From an uncultured bacterium (GTDB lineage: Bacteria > Patescibacteriota > Minisyncoccia > UBA6257 > 2-01-FULL-56-20): 64,000 nt of DNA. Below, in pieces: positions 40,012-50,946 of this stretch (positions within the stretch are counted from its first letter, which is position 1; each line of letters begins with the position of its first letter). Both the position numbers and the translations under genes were made by a program. Under the pieces are notes generated by a model. It made no database searches, had not been told where the DNA came from, and worked only from the letters and a program-made list of their open reading frames with translations. The stretch is taken from assembly GCA_963718575.1 (NCBI GenBank), contig OY970358.1, positions 386,172 to 450,171 of the forward strand. The letters run 5' to 3'.

Positions 40012-40933
40012 TTATCCTTTTTTAATCTTATCGTAGGCGTTCAGGACCGCTTTGACGGAATCTCCCACCGAGATGTTGTTCTGATCGTAGAGCACATCGC
40101 TCACGTCGCCGGCGGCCCAGATGCCCGGGCAAGAAGTTTGCTGGGTCTTGTGATCCACCACCACCTTTCCGAACGCATCAAGCGCCACAAGATCTTTTAC
40201 AAGATCGGAATTTGGCAGAAGCCCGATCTCCACAAACACGCCGTCGAGGGCGAGGTCTTTTGATTCGCCACGTCTTCACGTCCTTATATTTGATGCCATT
40301 CACAAATGCGCCGCCCTTGATCTCTTCAACCACCGCATTCCAAATGATCTCCACTTTTGGATCGCCCTTCACTTTTTCCTGCGTGACCGGATCGCCGCGC
40401 AAAACCTCCGAACGCACGAGTAGATAGATTTTCGACGCATACATCAGAAGGTCTTCAACGCCCTCGAGCGCTGAATTGCCGCCGCCTACGACGGCCACCG
40501 TCTTGCCGCCGAAGAGCGGCGCATCGCACGTGGTGCAGAACACCACGCCCTTGCCGTCGAACTGGTCCTCGCCCGGCACGCCAAGCCGCTTACGGCGCGA
40601 GCCGGAAGCAAGCAGGATATATTTCGTTTCGAGCGTCCTGCCGTTCTTCGTTGTCACGCCGAACGTACCATCGTCACGCTTTGCGACGGCCAGGGCGAGG
40701 TCGCCATCTATAATGTCGATTCCCGCCTGCGCGCGAAGATGTTCCTCCAGTGATTTCGCAAGATCAAACCCCGAGATCGATTTTGTGCCGATCCAGTTCT
40801 GAATATCGTTGGAGACCAAAGACTGCCCGCCGAACGTGTCGGTGACGAGCGCTGTCTTCATTTTCTTGCGCGCGGCGTAGACGCCGGCGGCAACGCCGCC
40901 CGGCCCCCCGCCGATGATGATAAGATCGTACAT
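40012..40933 (-). CDS. trxB: thioredoxin-disulfide reductase, interrupted by one +1 frameshift near 40270
   Basis: IIIGGGPGGVAAGVYAAR is the FAD site, CTTCDAPLF contains the redox CxxC, and VAVVGGGNSA is the NADPH site. The C-terminal segment DGVFVEIGLLPNSD...AAGDV continues in the other frame (fragment 40012..40239). Confidence 0.8.
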
Positions 40934-40965
40934 TTAATTTCGGTAAAACTTTTTACGTTACTTCA

Positions 40966-41223
40966 CTATGCCGCCGGGGCCGCTGCCTTACCAAGCCCGA
41001 GCAGTCCTTCGATCGTCTTTTGATCGAACCCGATCACAATATTGTTATCGATGTCGATGACCGGCACGCCGAGCTGATGTGATTTTGCCATCATGTCCTC
41101 GCGCGCCTTCATGTCGGATGCAACGTCGTGCTCTTCATATGCAATATTGTTCTTTGCAAAGAATTCCTTTGCCATTTTGCAATAAACGCAGGTCGGAGTG
41201 CTGTAGATAGTTACTTTTGCCAT
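40966..41223 (-). CDS. glutaredoxin-like protein (CxxC thioredoxin fold)
   Basis: VTIYSTPTCVYCKMAKEFF is a glutaredoxin/NrdH-like active site. Confidence 0.65.
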   Translation of the reverse strand: MAKVTIYSTPTCVYCKMAKEFFAKNNIAYEEHDVASDMKAREDMMAKSHQLGVPVIDIDNNIVIGFDQKTIEGLLGLGKAAAPAA

Positions 41224-41246
41224 AGAAGTGGTGATTGAATGATTAA

Positions 41247-41483
41247 TTAAAATTTATTTTGTTCGACGTTGTTCTTTGATCTGCGTTTCCCTTTCTGCGA
41301 TTCTTCCATCACGGGAACTGTCTGCGTCGGTTCTCCGAATATCGTCCACGCGTTCACAAGCACGAGCGCCAGTCCTAATAGGATATTACACCACTTGGCG
41401 ACAGATATATCGGAAAATCCGAATACCCACGGCGAGATAATAATGATAATCCCGATGACAAGCTCCGTCCAATTTTCCGTCAT
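41247..41483 (-). CDS. SPW-repeat small membrane protein
   Basis: An ISPW motif within two TM helices. Confidence 0.5.
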   Translation of the reverse strand: MTENWTELVIGIIIIISPWVFGFSDISVAKWCNILLGLALVLVNAWTIFGEPTQTVPVMEESQKGKRRSKNNVEQNKF

Positions 41484-41532
41484 GGCTTTATTTTAAAGTT
41501 CGCAGGAGGCAAAGTCAAAGCTATCCCGCCCC

Positions 41533-42324
41533 TTAGCCCTGTAATGCGGAATCCAGCGCCTGCTGGAATGTCGTGTACGGCTCGGCGCCGGTGATCTGCG
41601 CGCCGTTCACGAAGAACATCGGCGTGGAATTGACGCCCGCGCTTGCCGCCGCACCCTTCTCTTGCGCAACCAGATTGCCGTCCGTGTCGTTCTGAACGCA
41701 GCTCGTGAACGTCGTCATATTGAGCCCGACCTGCTGGCCGAGCTTCAGGAGCTCTGCCGTACTGAAGAACCCGTCATCCTCGGTCCCGCCGTTCGCATCA
41801 TCCGCCACCTTGCCGGAGTAGAGCGCATCATGATACGCCCATAGCTTGTTCTGATCTTCGGCACAGTCGGCCGCTTCCGCGGCGGCGGTGGATTCGGCGC
41901 CGAGGAACGCGAAGTTTCGGAACACCATCCTCACCTTGCCGGTATTCACATAGTTCTGGACGATCTGCGGTTCTACCTGGCTGAAGAACTGTCCGCAGAA
42001 CGGACACTGATAGTCGCCGTACTCAATAAGCGTTACTTTGGCATTCGGATTACCGAGGATCGCGTCGCGCGGGCCGAGCGTCATGACCTGTGCGGCACTA
42101 GGCGTCGTGGAAGTTTCTGCAACCACGTTACCGGCTCCGCCGGCTGGTGCCGGCGCCGAACCGACACTCCCTTTGTATAACGTCCCGAAGACGATCGCGC
42201 CGCCCACCACGACCGCGGCAACCAAAATGCTGATCGGCAAAAATAGATCCCTCTTTGGCGCGCCATGTTCGGCGGCTACTTCCGCTTCCGTCTCTTCGAT
42301 TGGCACAGTATCGTATTCGTTCAT
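41533..42324 (-). CDS. DsbA-family thiol:disulfide oxidoreductase, membrane-anchored
   Basis: A TM anchor, GDYQCPFCGQF (CPFC active site) and a DsbA-like C-terminus are present. Confidence 0.7.
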   Translation of the reverse strand: MNEYDTVPIEETEAEVAAEHGAPKRDLFLPISILVAAVVVGGAIVFGTLYKGSVGSAPAPAGGAGNVVAETSTTPSAAQVMTLGPRDAILGNPNAKVTLIEYGDYQCPFCGQFFSQVEPQIVQNYVNTGKVRMVFRNFAFLGAESTAAAEAADCAEDQNKLWAYHDALYSGKVADDANGGTEDDGFFSTAELLKLGQQVGLNMTTFTSCVQNDTDGNLVAQEKGAAASAGVNSTPMFFVNGAQITGAEPYTTFQQALDSALQG

Positions 42325-42369
42325 GATATTTTTATATTTTCTTAATAATACCGCGCTCACGAATGCGCA

Positions 42370-43020
42370 TCAAGTGGGAATGAGTGCGTAATCACGGGGA
42401 AAAAGCTTTGCGGTTATGACATACATGCCATAGACGATAAATGGTGCGGCAAATACGTCGATGGAATAATGCACATGCGCGAGAAGCACGCTTGCGCCGA
42501 AGAAAACGGTCAAAAAGAGGAATACATACCGCAAGTATTTCTTATCCCAGAAAATCAACGCCAAAAGGAACGGGAACGCAGTATGCCCCGAATAAAAGAA
42601 GTTCCCCTGGAACGTGACGAGGTGATAGAGGCGGTACCCGTCATTCGCCGCGCTCGGAGAATAATGCAATGGATAGGGGCCGACGTGGGTAAGACTGAAG
42701 AAAAACGCGCGCGAGATAATATAGAGCGCGATCGCCTTGGTGGAAAAAATAAGATAGTTGGGTTTTACAATTAAAAGCACCCACGCAAACACCCAGAGCA
42801 CGATCGCGCCGCCTACGATGACAGGGCTGAGATTCACGAGCGGCAGGTTGTCCAAAAATATGTCCCGGACGCCGGGCGCGTCCACCGCGACGCGCGAGGA
42901 AAACCGCCCCAGCACGACCTGAACGATGACACTGAGCGCAAGGAGAAGAACCCCGAACCACATCGAGCGCTTTCGCGCGGGCGTCCAAAATCCTTTGTGT
43001 TCTTTAAATACCGCGAGCAT
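42370..43020 (-). CDS. PAP2-superfamily membrane protein (PAP2_C-like)
   Basis: YSGHTAF and AHVHYSIDV (HxxxD) lie within TM helices. The start was chosen at MLAVFKEHK, and the upstream part of the ORF is probably non-coding. Confidence 0.45.
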   Translation of the reverse strand: MLAVFKEHKGFWTPARKRSMWFGVLLLALSVIVQVVLGRFSSRVAVDAPGVRDIFLDNLPLVNLSPVIVGGAIVLWVFAWVLLIVKPNYLIFSTKAIALYIISRAFFFSLTHVGPYPLHYSPSAANDGYRLYHLVTFQGNFFYSGHTAFPFLLALIFWDKKYLRYVFLFLTVFFGASVLLAHVHYSIDVFAAPFIVYGMYVITAKLFPRDYALIPT

Positions 43021-43038
43021 TCGTATAGTATAACAGGT

Positions 43039-43650
43039 ATGGCACTGATCGACGCGAGTTTTGCAGGCATGGTCCAATGGATTCTTCAGCACGGATACCC
43101 CCTGCTCTTTGTCGTGATGTTGATAGAAGGTCCGGTGGTCACCGCGGCGGCGGCATTTGCAGCAGCGCTGCATTATCTGAACATCTGGATTGTGCTCGCG
43201 CTCTCTATCTTTGCAAACTTCATCCCCGACGTCGTCTACTATGCGATCGGTTATTGGGGAAGGGAAAAACTTATCAATACATATGGCCACTATTTCGGGA
43301 TAACGCCGGAGCGTGTCGCGCTCACCGAGAAGCTGGCGAAGCAGCATTTCGGAAAATCGATGTTCGCGATAAAGATGATCCCGCTGCTTGCCACGCCGGG
43401 ACTCATCATCATCGGAGCGGCGCGCATGGATATTAAAAGATATGCGCTCTGGAGCATCCTCATTATTGTCCCTTCATCATTGTTTTATTTGATCCTCGGC
43501 TATTACTTCGGCGCGGCGTACGCGACGATCCAGCACTATCTCAACCTTGGCGGGTATGTCATCGCGGCGGCGGTTGTGATCGTTATCGCGATCACCTATT
43601 TCCAAAGAAAATATTTCTCCGGGCTTGAGAAAAAGATTGAAGCCGAATAA
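43039..43650 (+). CDS. DedA/VTT-family membrane protein
   Basis: GYPLLFVVMLIEGPVVTAAAAF...GYWG match DedA. The start is at MALIDAS. Confidence 0.6.
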   Translation: MALIDASFAGMVQWILQHGYPLLFVVMLIEGPVVTAAAAFAAALHYLNIWIVLALSIFANFIPDVVYYAIGYWGREKLINTYGHYFGITPERVALTEKLAKQHFGKSMFAIKMIPLLATPGLIIIGAARMDIKRYALWSILIIVPSSLFYLILGYYFGAAYATIQHYLNLGGYVIAAAVVIVIAITYFQRKYFSGLEKKIEAE

Positions 43651-43651
43651 T

Positions 43652-44851
43652 ATGCGCATCGCGATATACTCGGACAATTTTTACCCCGAACTCTCCGGCA
43701 TTTCGGATTCGGTGATCTCGCTCGCAAGGACGCTCGCCGGGCGCGGGCACGCGATCGCGTTCTTCGTGCCCGCATACGCGCCCGGCGATTACGCTGCGGC
43801 GAACGTGCCGCATCGCGAGCTCGACCTCGGCCCGAACGTGGAGATCCACCGCTTTGCCTCTTTCCCCTATTGCGCGACCGGCACCGGCCATGCCCGCTTT
43901 GTGATACCGATCGGTCTGCGCGCCATGCAAGTATCGCGCTTTCGCCCCGACATCATCCATACACAGCTCTTCTTCGGCGTCGGACTCGAGGCGCTCTTTG
44001 CCGGTCGCGCGCTCGGCCTGCCGGTGGTCGGCACCAACCATACGGCACTCAAAGAATTTCTCAACTACAGCCCGATCAAATCCGCATGGTTCAATACCGC
44101 ACTTCTCGCATATGTGAACTGGTATTACGAACAATGCGCGATCGTCACCGCACCGTCGAAATCGGTGTTCGACGAGATGGTCGCGCTCGGATTTAAAGGC
44201 GCACACACAGAGGTGACGCCGAACCCGATCGACATAATGACGTTTCGTCCGTCGACCGATCGCACGGCGCTCAAGAAAAAATTCGGCTTGAGCGACGCGA
44301 CGGTCATCCATGCAGGACGACTTTCGGATGAGCGCAGCCCGGAGGTGCTTATCAAAGCACTCGCACTCATCAAAAAAAACATCCCGCGCGCGATGCTCGT
44401 TTTTGCCGGAAAGGGGTCGTCCGAACAGAAGCTCCGCGCGCTCGCGGGATCGCTCGGCGTCGCGGACTCCGTAAAATTTCTGGGATTCCTTGACCAGGCG
44501 ACGCTCAACGAGGCATATAACGCGTCCGAAGTGTTCGCGATCGCAAGCACGGCAGACACCCAAAGCATGGTGATGATGCAGGCGATGGCGTCCGGCATCC
44601 CGGTGGTCGGCGTCCGCGCACGCGGCATTCCGGAATACGTCAACGATAAAAATGGTTTTCTTGTGGCACCGAATGATGAGCATGCGATGGCGGAGCGGAT
44701 AGGATTCTTGCTGAACCACCCCGCCGATGCAAAAACGTTGGGCGCGGGCGCGCGAACGTATGCCGAGCGGTTCAGCGAGGATGCCATCGCCGCCCGCTGG
44801 GAGAAGATATATGAAACGGCGATAAAAGACTATAATGAAGGAACCGTATGA
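43652..44851 (+). CDS. glycosyltransferase family 4 (GT-B fold)
   Basis: IYSDNFYPELSGI...GH form the N-terminal half, and the C-terminal EXFXXXXE-type region is GIPVVGVRARGIPEYV. Confidence 0.8.
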   Translation: MRIAIYSDNFYPELSGISDSVISLARTLAGRGHAIAFFVPAYAPGDYAAANVPHRELDLGPNVEIHRFASFPYCATGTGHARFVIPIGLRAMQVSRFRPDIIHTQLFFGVGLEALFAGRALGLPVVGTNHTALKEFLNYSPIKSAWFNTALLAYVNWYYEQCAIVTAPSKSVFDEMVALGFKGAHTEVTPNPIDIMTFRPSTDRTALKKKFGLSDATVIHAGRLSDERSPEVLIKALALIKKNIPRAMLVFAGKGSSEQKLRALAGSLGVADSVKFLGFLDQATLNEAYNASEVFAIASTADTQSMVMMQAMASGIPVVGVRARGIPEYVNDKNGFLVAPNDEHAMAERIGFLLNHPADAKTLGAGARTYAERFSEDAIAARWEKIYETAIKDYNEGTV

Positions 44852-46467
44852 AAATAAGTTTCGTCATCCCCGCCTATAACGAAGAGGCATACCTGGGGAA
44901 ATGCCTTGATTCCATCACGAAGGAATCGCGCGGGAAGGAACACGATGTCGAGATCATCGTGGTGAACAACGCCTCGACCGACGATACCCGCGCCGTCGCC
45001 CTGCGCTACCCGAACGTCACGATCGTGGACGAACACCGGAAAGGGATCGTCTTTGCGCGCCAGGCGGGATTTGCCGCGTCGCACGGCGAACTCATCGCGA
45101 ACGTCGATGCCGACACCATGATCACGCCGGGATGGATCGACACCGCGCTCGCGGAATTTAAAAAAAATCCGCGCCTCGTGACACTCTCCGGCCCGTTCAT
45201 CTATTACGACCTTCCGAAGAGCGAACAATTCCTCGTAAAAATATTTTACGGGATCACCTATTGTGCCTATATCATCAACCGGTTCGTATTCCACGTCGGG
45301 TCCGTCGTGCAGGGCGGCAACTTCATCGTGCGCCGCGACGCCCTCAATGAGATCGGCGGGTACGACACGAGCATCGTGTTCTACGGCGAGGATACCGACA
45401 TCGCAAAGCGCATGAGCAAAGCGGGCGACGTCAAATTCACTTTTGCATTGCCGATCTATTCGTCCGGACGCCGCCTCGCAAAGGAAGGCATCCTCACCAT
45501 GGGCACCCGTTACGCACTCAACTATTTCTGGATGACGTTTCAGGGAAAGCCGCTCCATAAGACCTACGCCGAGCCGGGCCATCACCGGAACGGCCACGAC
45601 ATTGTCGTAAGTTTCGTCATCCCCGCCTATAACGAAGAGGGATATATCAAACTCTGCCTCGACACGATCATTCGCGAGATCGGCGGCCGGCCCGGATACG
45701 AGATCGTCGTCGTGGACAACAACTCGAACGATAAGACGTGCGAGATCGTCGCGCATGATTATCCTTCCGTGCAACTTATTCACGAGCCGCGGCGCGGCGC
45801 GAATAGCGCGCGCGAGGCGGGGTTCGTGGTGTCCAGGGGCGAACTCGTCGCATTCCTCGATGCGGATACGGAGCTGATCCCCGGATGGATCGACCGCGCC
45901 GAGCGCGCATTCGCAAAAGATCCGAACCTGGTCTGCATCTCCGGCCCATTCATCTATTACGACCTTCCGTTCGCGGTGCGCGCGCTCGTGCAGGGGTTTT
46001 ATATCGGAACGTACCTCGTCTATCTCGTGAATAATTATATATTCCGAAACACTTCGATGATCCAGGGCGGGACGGAGATCGTGCGGCGCACCGCGCTCGC
46101 AAAGATCGGCGGACATGACGTGAACCTGACGTTCTACGGCGACGATGCAGACCTCGCACGGCGGCTGCGCGCCGTGGGCCACGTGCGATGGTCATTCGAT
46201 TTCGCCATGCGCTCCTCCGGCAGGCGCCTCGCAAAGGAAGGCACCTTCACGATGGGCTGGCGTTATGCGCTCAATTATTTCTGGATCACATTCTTTAATA
46301 AACCGTTCACGATGACCTCCACGGAAGTGCGATTTGCCGACCAAAAGGCAATGGCGTACCGCCCGGAAAGCCGCGCAAAGGAATGGCTGATTGCACTCAG
46401 TACCATTATCGCCTTTTTTATCATCATCGAAGGCCTTATTTACGCATTCTCCCGCTTCCGCTTATAA
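44848..46467 (+). CDS. tandem double GT2-domain glycosyltransferase
   Basis: There are two copies of SFVIPAYNEE...D..NNS.D.T...V, each with a DxD-like region. Confidence 0.8.
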   Translation: MKISFVIPAYNEEAYLGKCLDSITKESRGKEHDVEIIVVNNASTDDTRAVALRYPNVTIVDEHRKGIVFARQAGFAASHGELIANVDADTMITPGWIDTALAEFKKNPRLVTLSGPFIYYDLPKSEQFLVKIFYGITYCAYIINRFVFHVGSVVQGGNFIVRRDALNEIGGYDTSIVFYGEDTDIAKRMSKAGDVKFTFALPIYSSGRRLAKEGILTMGTRYALNYFWMTFQGKPLHKTYAEPGHHRNGHDIVVSFVIPAYNEEGYIKLCLDTIIREIGGRPGYEIVVVDNNSNDKTCEIVAHDYPSVQLIHEPRRGANSAREAGFVVSRGELVAFLDADTELIPGWIDRAERAFAKDPNLVCISGPFIYYDLPFAVRALVQGFYIGTYLVYLVNNYIFRNTSMIQGGTEIVRRTALAKIGGHDVNLTFYGDDADLARRLRAVGHVRWSFDFAMRSSGRRLAKEGTFTMGWRYALNYFWITFFNKPFTMTSTEVRFADQKAMAYRPESRAKEWLIALSTIIAFFIIIEGLIYAFSRFRL

Positions 46468-46477
46468 TAAGGACATT

Positions 46478-47815
46478 ATGGATTCTGGGAATAAAGTGAA
46501 GGCATTCCTCTTTTTGCTCGCCGACGTGGCCGCACTCTACGCCGGGCTTTTTATCACGCTTCTCATCCGCTACGGCAGCCAATTCTACACCCAGTTCGTT
46601 GATGCCCACGCGGCACCATTCACCATCCTTTTTATAATCTGGATCCTTGTTTTCTATATCGCCGGGCTCTATGACCTGCGCCGCTTGCGCAACAACCTCG
46701 ACTTCATCAAAACGCTCTTCTTGTGCCTCGGCATCAACGCGGCACTTGCGGTCCTGCTCTTCTATGCGATCCCCGTCTTTGGCATCGCGCCAAAGACAAA
46801 CCTCCTGATCTTCATCGCCATCTTCGCCGTCATCGAGGTTTTTTGGCGGCGCTTCTTAAACCGCGTGATGGCGTTCGGCGGCGCGCCGAATAAAGTGCTG
46901 ATCATCGGTGACGGCCCGATCGGCGCGGAAGTTAAAAAAACCATCATCGAAGCCCCCCAGCTTGGGTACGCCATCAAGGCGGAGATGGATGAAAAGACCG
47001 CGTATGCCGCGCCACGGGAAATAAAATCGATCGCGGAGCGCGAAGGTATCAACCTTATCGTCATCTCCCATAAGCTGAAGCACGAGCCCGCGCTCGTATC
47101 GGTACTTTACGAGCTCTTCGCGAGCGGCATTGTAGTGACGGATCTCGTCAGCTTCTACGAGCTCATCATGCGCAAAGTGCCGCTCGCGGGCATTCAGGAA
47201 ACGTGGTTCCTTGAGAACATCGCACAGCAGGTGAGCTTCTATGATCCATTGAAACGCGCGTCTGAGTTCATCGGCGCGCTCGCGCTCGGCATCATCTTAT
47301 TGCCATTGGAAATTCTGATCGCGCTGCTCGTCGCGATCACTTCGCGCGGTCCGATCATCTACCGCCAGGTGCGCGTCGGAGAAAAGGGGAAGAACTTCAT
47401 GTTCTATAAATTCCGCAGCATGCGCGTGGATGCGGAAGCCGGCGGCGCACAGTGGGCGTCAAAGAACGATGCCCGCACGACGCCGATTGGCGGACTGCTC
47501 CGCGCTTCGCACCTCGACGAACTCCCCCAGCTTTGGAACATCATCCGCGGCGACCTCTCGTTCGTCGGCCCGCGGCCGGAGCGGCCGGAGTTCGTGGAAA
47601 AACTCGCGGCGCGGATCCCGTACTACGAAGCGCGGCTCTTCATCAAGCCCGGCGTCACCGGATGGGCGCAGATCCATCACCGCGCGGACCTCACCGACGA
47701 GGACGTTGCGGAAAAGCTGCAATATGACATCTATTATCTGAAGAATCGTTCACCGATCCTGGACTGGACGATCGTGCTGAAGACGATCAAATCGCTTTTC
47801 GTGAATCCGGAATAA
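46478..47815 (+). CDS. polyprenyl-phosphate sugar-1-phosphate transferase (WbaP/PssY-type initiating transferase)
   Basis: N-terminal TM helices are followed by the C-terminal signature DELPQLWNIIRGDLSFVGPRPERPEFV...KPGVTGWAQI. Confidence 0.85.
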   Translation: MDSGNKVKAFLFLLADVAALYAGLFITLLIRYGSQFYTQFVDAHAAPFTILFIIWILVFYIAGLYDLRRLRNNLDFIKTLFLCLGINAALAVLLFYAIPVFGIAPKTNLLIFIAIFAVIEVFWRRFLNRVMAFGGAPNKVLIIGDGPIGAEVKKTIIEAPQLGYAIKAEMDEKTAYAAPREIKSIAEREGINLIVISHKLKHEPALVSVLYELFASGIVVTDLVSFYELIMRKVPLAGIQETWFLENIAQQVSFYDPLKRASEFIGALALGIILLPLEILIALLVAITSRGPIIYRQVRVGEKGKNFMFYKFRSMRVDAEAGGAQWASKNDARTTPIGGLLRASHLDELPQLWNIIRGDLSFVGPRPERPEFVEKLAARIPYYEARLFIKPGVTGWAQIHHRADLTDEDVAEKLQYDIYYLKNRSPILDWTIVLKTIKSLFVNPE

Positions 47816-47958
47816 AAAATCAAAGGGGGACTATCTCTCTACTGCGTAAGCGACCGACGGAAGTCCCACGGGACACGCTCAAACACTCGACAGCCTCCCT
47901 GTTGATTTTCTTAGTGATATAAGATAAATTTCTGATTTTATACTAACATTAAAGAATA

Positions 47959-48888
47959 ATGAAAATAATCGTGACGGGCGGCGCAGGATTCATTGCATCA
48001 CATATCACTGATGTGTATATAAAAGCGGGCCACCGCGTGGTGATAATCGACAACCTCTCCAAGGGCTCACGCAAAAATATCAATCCGAAGGCAAAGTTTT
48101 ATAAGGCGGATATCACCGACCTGGCGCTCATGGAAAGGATATTCAAAGAGGAGTGTCCGGAAATAGTGAACCATCATGCGGCGATCGCGGAAGTCACGCT
48201 CTCGGTGCGCGATCCGATCCCCACACTCACCACAAATGTCCTCGGCACCGCGAACGTACTGCTCGCGTTCGGCCATCATAGCCGCGGCGGCGCGCGCCGA
48301 AAGTTCATTTTCTCCTCCACCGGCGGCGCAATGTATGGAGACCCAAAGCAAATTCCGGTGAAGGAAAATGCCCCCGCCGATCCCCTCTCGCCATACGCGC
48401 TTTCCAAAAAACTCGCCGAGGAAACGATTGTCTTCTATGCAAAACAGTTCGGCTTTGATTATTTCATCTTCCGCTATGCCAATGTGTTCGGCCCGCGACA
48501 GAACCCGCGCGGCGAGGCAGGCATCGTCGCGATCTTCGGAGCGCTGATGAAAAGTGGTAAGTTACCGACGATCTTCGGCGACGGAACAAAGTCGCGCGAC
48601 TATGTCTACGTAGGTGACGTCGCGGCGGCGAACCTGGCCGCACTTCGACGTCCGGCGGCGCGAAATACTACGGTGAATATCGGATGCGGCATTACGACGA
48701 GCGATAAGCAGATGTTTGAGGCGATCGCACACGAAGTGGGATTTGCCCAAAAACCGATCTATGCGCCATACCGTCCTGGGGAAATTTATCGCATTAGCCT
48801 CGATGCCGCGAAGGCCCGCAAGCTATTGGGGTGGAAGCCAAAAGTGGATATTAAAGAAGGGGTTCGAAAAGCACTTATAGAAACTTAA
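47959..48888 (+). CDS. NAD-dependent nucleotide-sugar epimerase (GalE-like SDR)
   Basis: IVTGGAGFIASHI is the Rossmann motif and YALSKKLAEE is the catalytic YxxxK. Confidence 0.8.
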   Translation: MKIIVTGGAGFIASHITDVYIKAGHRVVIIDNLSKGSRKNINPKAKFYKADITDLALMERIFKEECPEIVNHHAAIAEVTLSVRDPIPTLTTNVLGTANVLLAFGHHSRGGARRKFIFSSTGGAMYGDPKQIPVKENAPADPLSPYALSKKLAEETIVFYAKQFGFDYFIFRYANVFGPRQNPRGEAGIVAIFGALMKSGKLPTIFGDGTKSRDYVYVGDVAAANLAALRRPAARNTTVNIGCGITTSDKQMFEAIAHEVGFAQKPIYAPYRPGEIYRISLDAAKARKLLGWKPKVDIKEGVRKALIET

Positions 48889-49406
48889 CGCTTCCTTCTC
48901 GATTTTGCCCGAGGCGTTAGCGCGGGTCGTCTCGCCGATGCCGCACGCTCAAAATGCTTCGCAAGCAGCCATGAGCTGGACTGTATCTTCCCGCCCTGAC
49001 CGACATTAAAAATCATATCGATATTCAATTCTTTGCAGGTGTGCATATCCTTGCATAACGAAGAATTAGGGTCAGCTGCATTTGCTTCATTGCGATCGCC
49101 GCCGTTCGCGAAAATGGCGGGGTTGACCGCTCGCAGAGTGCGGGAAACGCTCATATCTTTATCGTTAGGCGTATGATTGGTGAGTACCACCCTATCCACC
49201 GCGCGAAGCCCCTCAATCACCTCTTTGCGTTCCTTTTCCGGCATGAACGCAAAACCTTTTTTCTTCTTGAGCCAGTTATCGTTGTTCAAAATAACCACAA
49301 GCTCGTCGCCGAGCGCACGAGCGCTTTCAAACATCCGCACGTGGCCGATATGGATGGGATCGAACCCGCCAGAAACCGCAACCACCACCTTTTTCCTTTT
49401 TGCCAT
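48885..49406 (-). CDS. nucleotidyltransferase with an HxGH motif (RfaE domain II / cytidylyltransferase-like)
   Basis: VVAVSGGFDPIHIGHVRMFE is present. Confidence 0.6.
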   Translation of the reverse strand: MAKRKKVVVAVSGGFDPIHIGHVRMFESARALGDELVVILNNDNWLKKKKGFAFMPEKERKEVIEGLRAVDRVVLTNHTPNDKDMSVSRTLRAVNPAIFANGGDRNEANAADPNSSLCKDMHTCKELNIDMIFNVGQGGKIQSSSWLLAKHFERAASARRPALTPRAKSRRKR

Positions 49407-49461
49407 ATTGATTTACGGAAGCCATTTTTTCGGCTATCCTGTATGAGTTAAGTATAACCTC

Positions 49462-50946
49462 ATGTTTAAGAAGATAAAAGATTTTTTCTTTAAGAACACC
49501 TCCAACCGCCAAACGGCTGCCAAAAACACTATATGGCTCAGCGTTTCTAACTTTGGCGGAAGGGCCATTAAAGCAGTCATTGTCATCTATGGAGCTCGAG
49601 TGCTGGGAGCTTCGGACTGGGGGGTCTTCTCCTACGCCACCACGCTTGCGGGATTCTTTACGCTCTTCGTCGACCCGGGCATCAATTCCATCTTAATACG
49701 AGAGGCGGGGAAATCGACCGAAGAGGAGCGGCGGCGGACCTTTTCAACCACGCTCGTCATGAAATTTTTTATACTTCTTGCAAGTATTTTTGTGATATTG
49801 TGGATCGCTCCCTATTTCAGCACACTTCCCGGCTCAAAAATATTGCTGCCAATCGTCGTATGCATCATCCTCTTCGATAGTTGTCGCGAATTCTTCTCGT
49901 CGCTTATTCGAGGAATGGAAAAAATGGAATGGGATGCGGGGATATTTATCCTAACGAATATCTGTATTGTGATATTCGGTTTTGTTTTCCTCCGCGTCTC
50001 CCTCTCGCCAAAGTCATTTGCATGGTCATACGCGGCAGGGAGCGCCATCGGGGCTTGTGCTGCGGCATGGGCGATATGGCCATACTTTAAGAAACCCTTC
50101 GATTATTTTTCTTCGAAGCTTGCGCTTACTATTATCAAGTCGGCATGGCCATTCGCGGTTATTAGCGCTCTCGGCCTTCTGCTTACCAACACCGATATTC
50201 TGATCATCAGTTGGATGGGTACGGCGGCAGATGTGGGAGTTTATGCCGCGGGCATACGCATCGTGCAACTTCTTTATCTTGTGCCGACAATCGTCCAATG
50301 GAGCACGCTCCCCATTCTATCACGCTTCGCCCGCAAGGATGACCAACGATTCCGTGCTACCTTTGAACGCGCGCTCGGGATTATATTTCTGCTCTCCATC
50401 CCCTTTGCCATCGGTGGAGCGATCCTGGGAAATGAGATCATGAGCTTCGTCTATGGGCCACAATATGTGGCTGGCGGCCTAGCATTTGCCATCCTTATGG
50501 TCACAATTATATTTGATTATCCGGCAACCTTCATCAGTAACGCGGTATTCGCATACGATGAGCAACGCAGCCTGATCATCTCCTCGGCGATCGGAGGAAT
50601 CATGAATGTCGTCCTTGACCTCGCATTCATCCCCAAATTCGGCATTGTGGGATCGGCGGTCGCAACCTTGATTGCGCAAATGCTCAGCAACGCCTACCTA
50701 TGGCATAAAATGAAATCAATCAACTACTTTACCATCGTGCCGCGCCTTAAAAAAGTTGCGGTGGCGGGGGTGGTGATGGGAGTGACGACCGTCGCTTTGT
50801 TCTTCCTCGGCACACAAGTCGTCGTTAACGTCCTTGTGAGCGCTGTTGTTTATATCCTAATGCTCAAACTATTGAAGGACCCCCTATTCGAAGAGACCCT
50901 CGATATACTTCCCTTCTCTAAAAGGACGAAACCGATTACCGTCTAG
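49462..50946 (+). CDS. polysaccharide/oligosaccharide flippase (Wzx-like, MOP superfamily)
   Basis: About 14 TM helices with an RfbX/Wzx-like N-terminus. Confidence 0.7.
   Translation: MFKKIKDFFFKNTSNRQTAAKNTIWLSVSNFGGRAIKAVIVIYGARVLGASDWGVFSYATTLAGFFTLFVDPGINSILIREAGKSTEEERRRTFSTTLVMKFFILLASIFVILWIAPYFSTLPGSKILLPIVVCIILFDSCREFFSSLIRGMEKMEWDAGIFILTNICIVIFGFVFLRVSLSPKSFAWSYAAGSAIGACAAAWAIWPYFKKPFDYFSSKLALTIIKSAWPFAVISALGLLLTNTDILIISWMGTAADVGVYAAGIRIVQLLYLVPTIVQWSTLPILSRFARKDDQRFRATFERALGIIFLLSIPFAIGGAILGNEIMSFVYGPQYVAGGLAFAILMVTIIFDYPATFISNAVFAYDEQRSLIISSAIGGIMNVVLDLAFIPKFGIVGSAVATLIAQMLSNAYLWHKMKSINYFTIVPRLKKVAVAGVVMGVTTVALFFLGTQVVVNVLVSAVVYILMLKLLKDPLFEETLDILPFSKRTKPITV

Noticed and set aside
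43592-46182. 375-aa and 450-aa minus-strand ORFs
   Set aside because: They are antisense to the GT4 and the tandem GT2 glycosyltransferase genes respectively.
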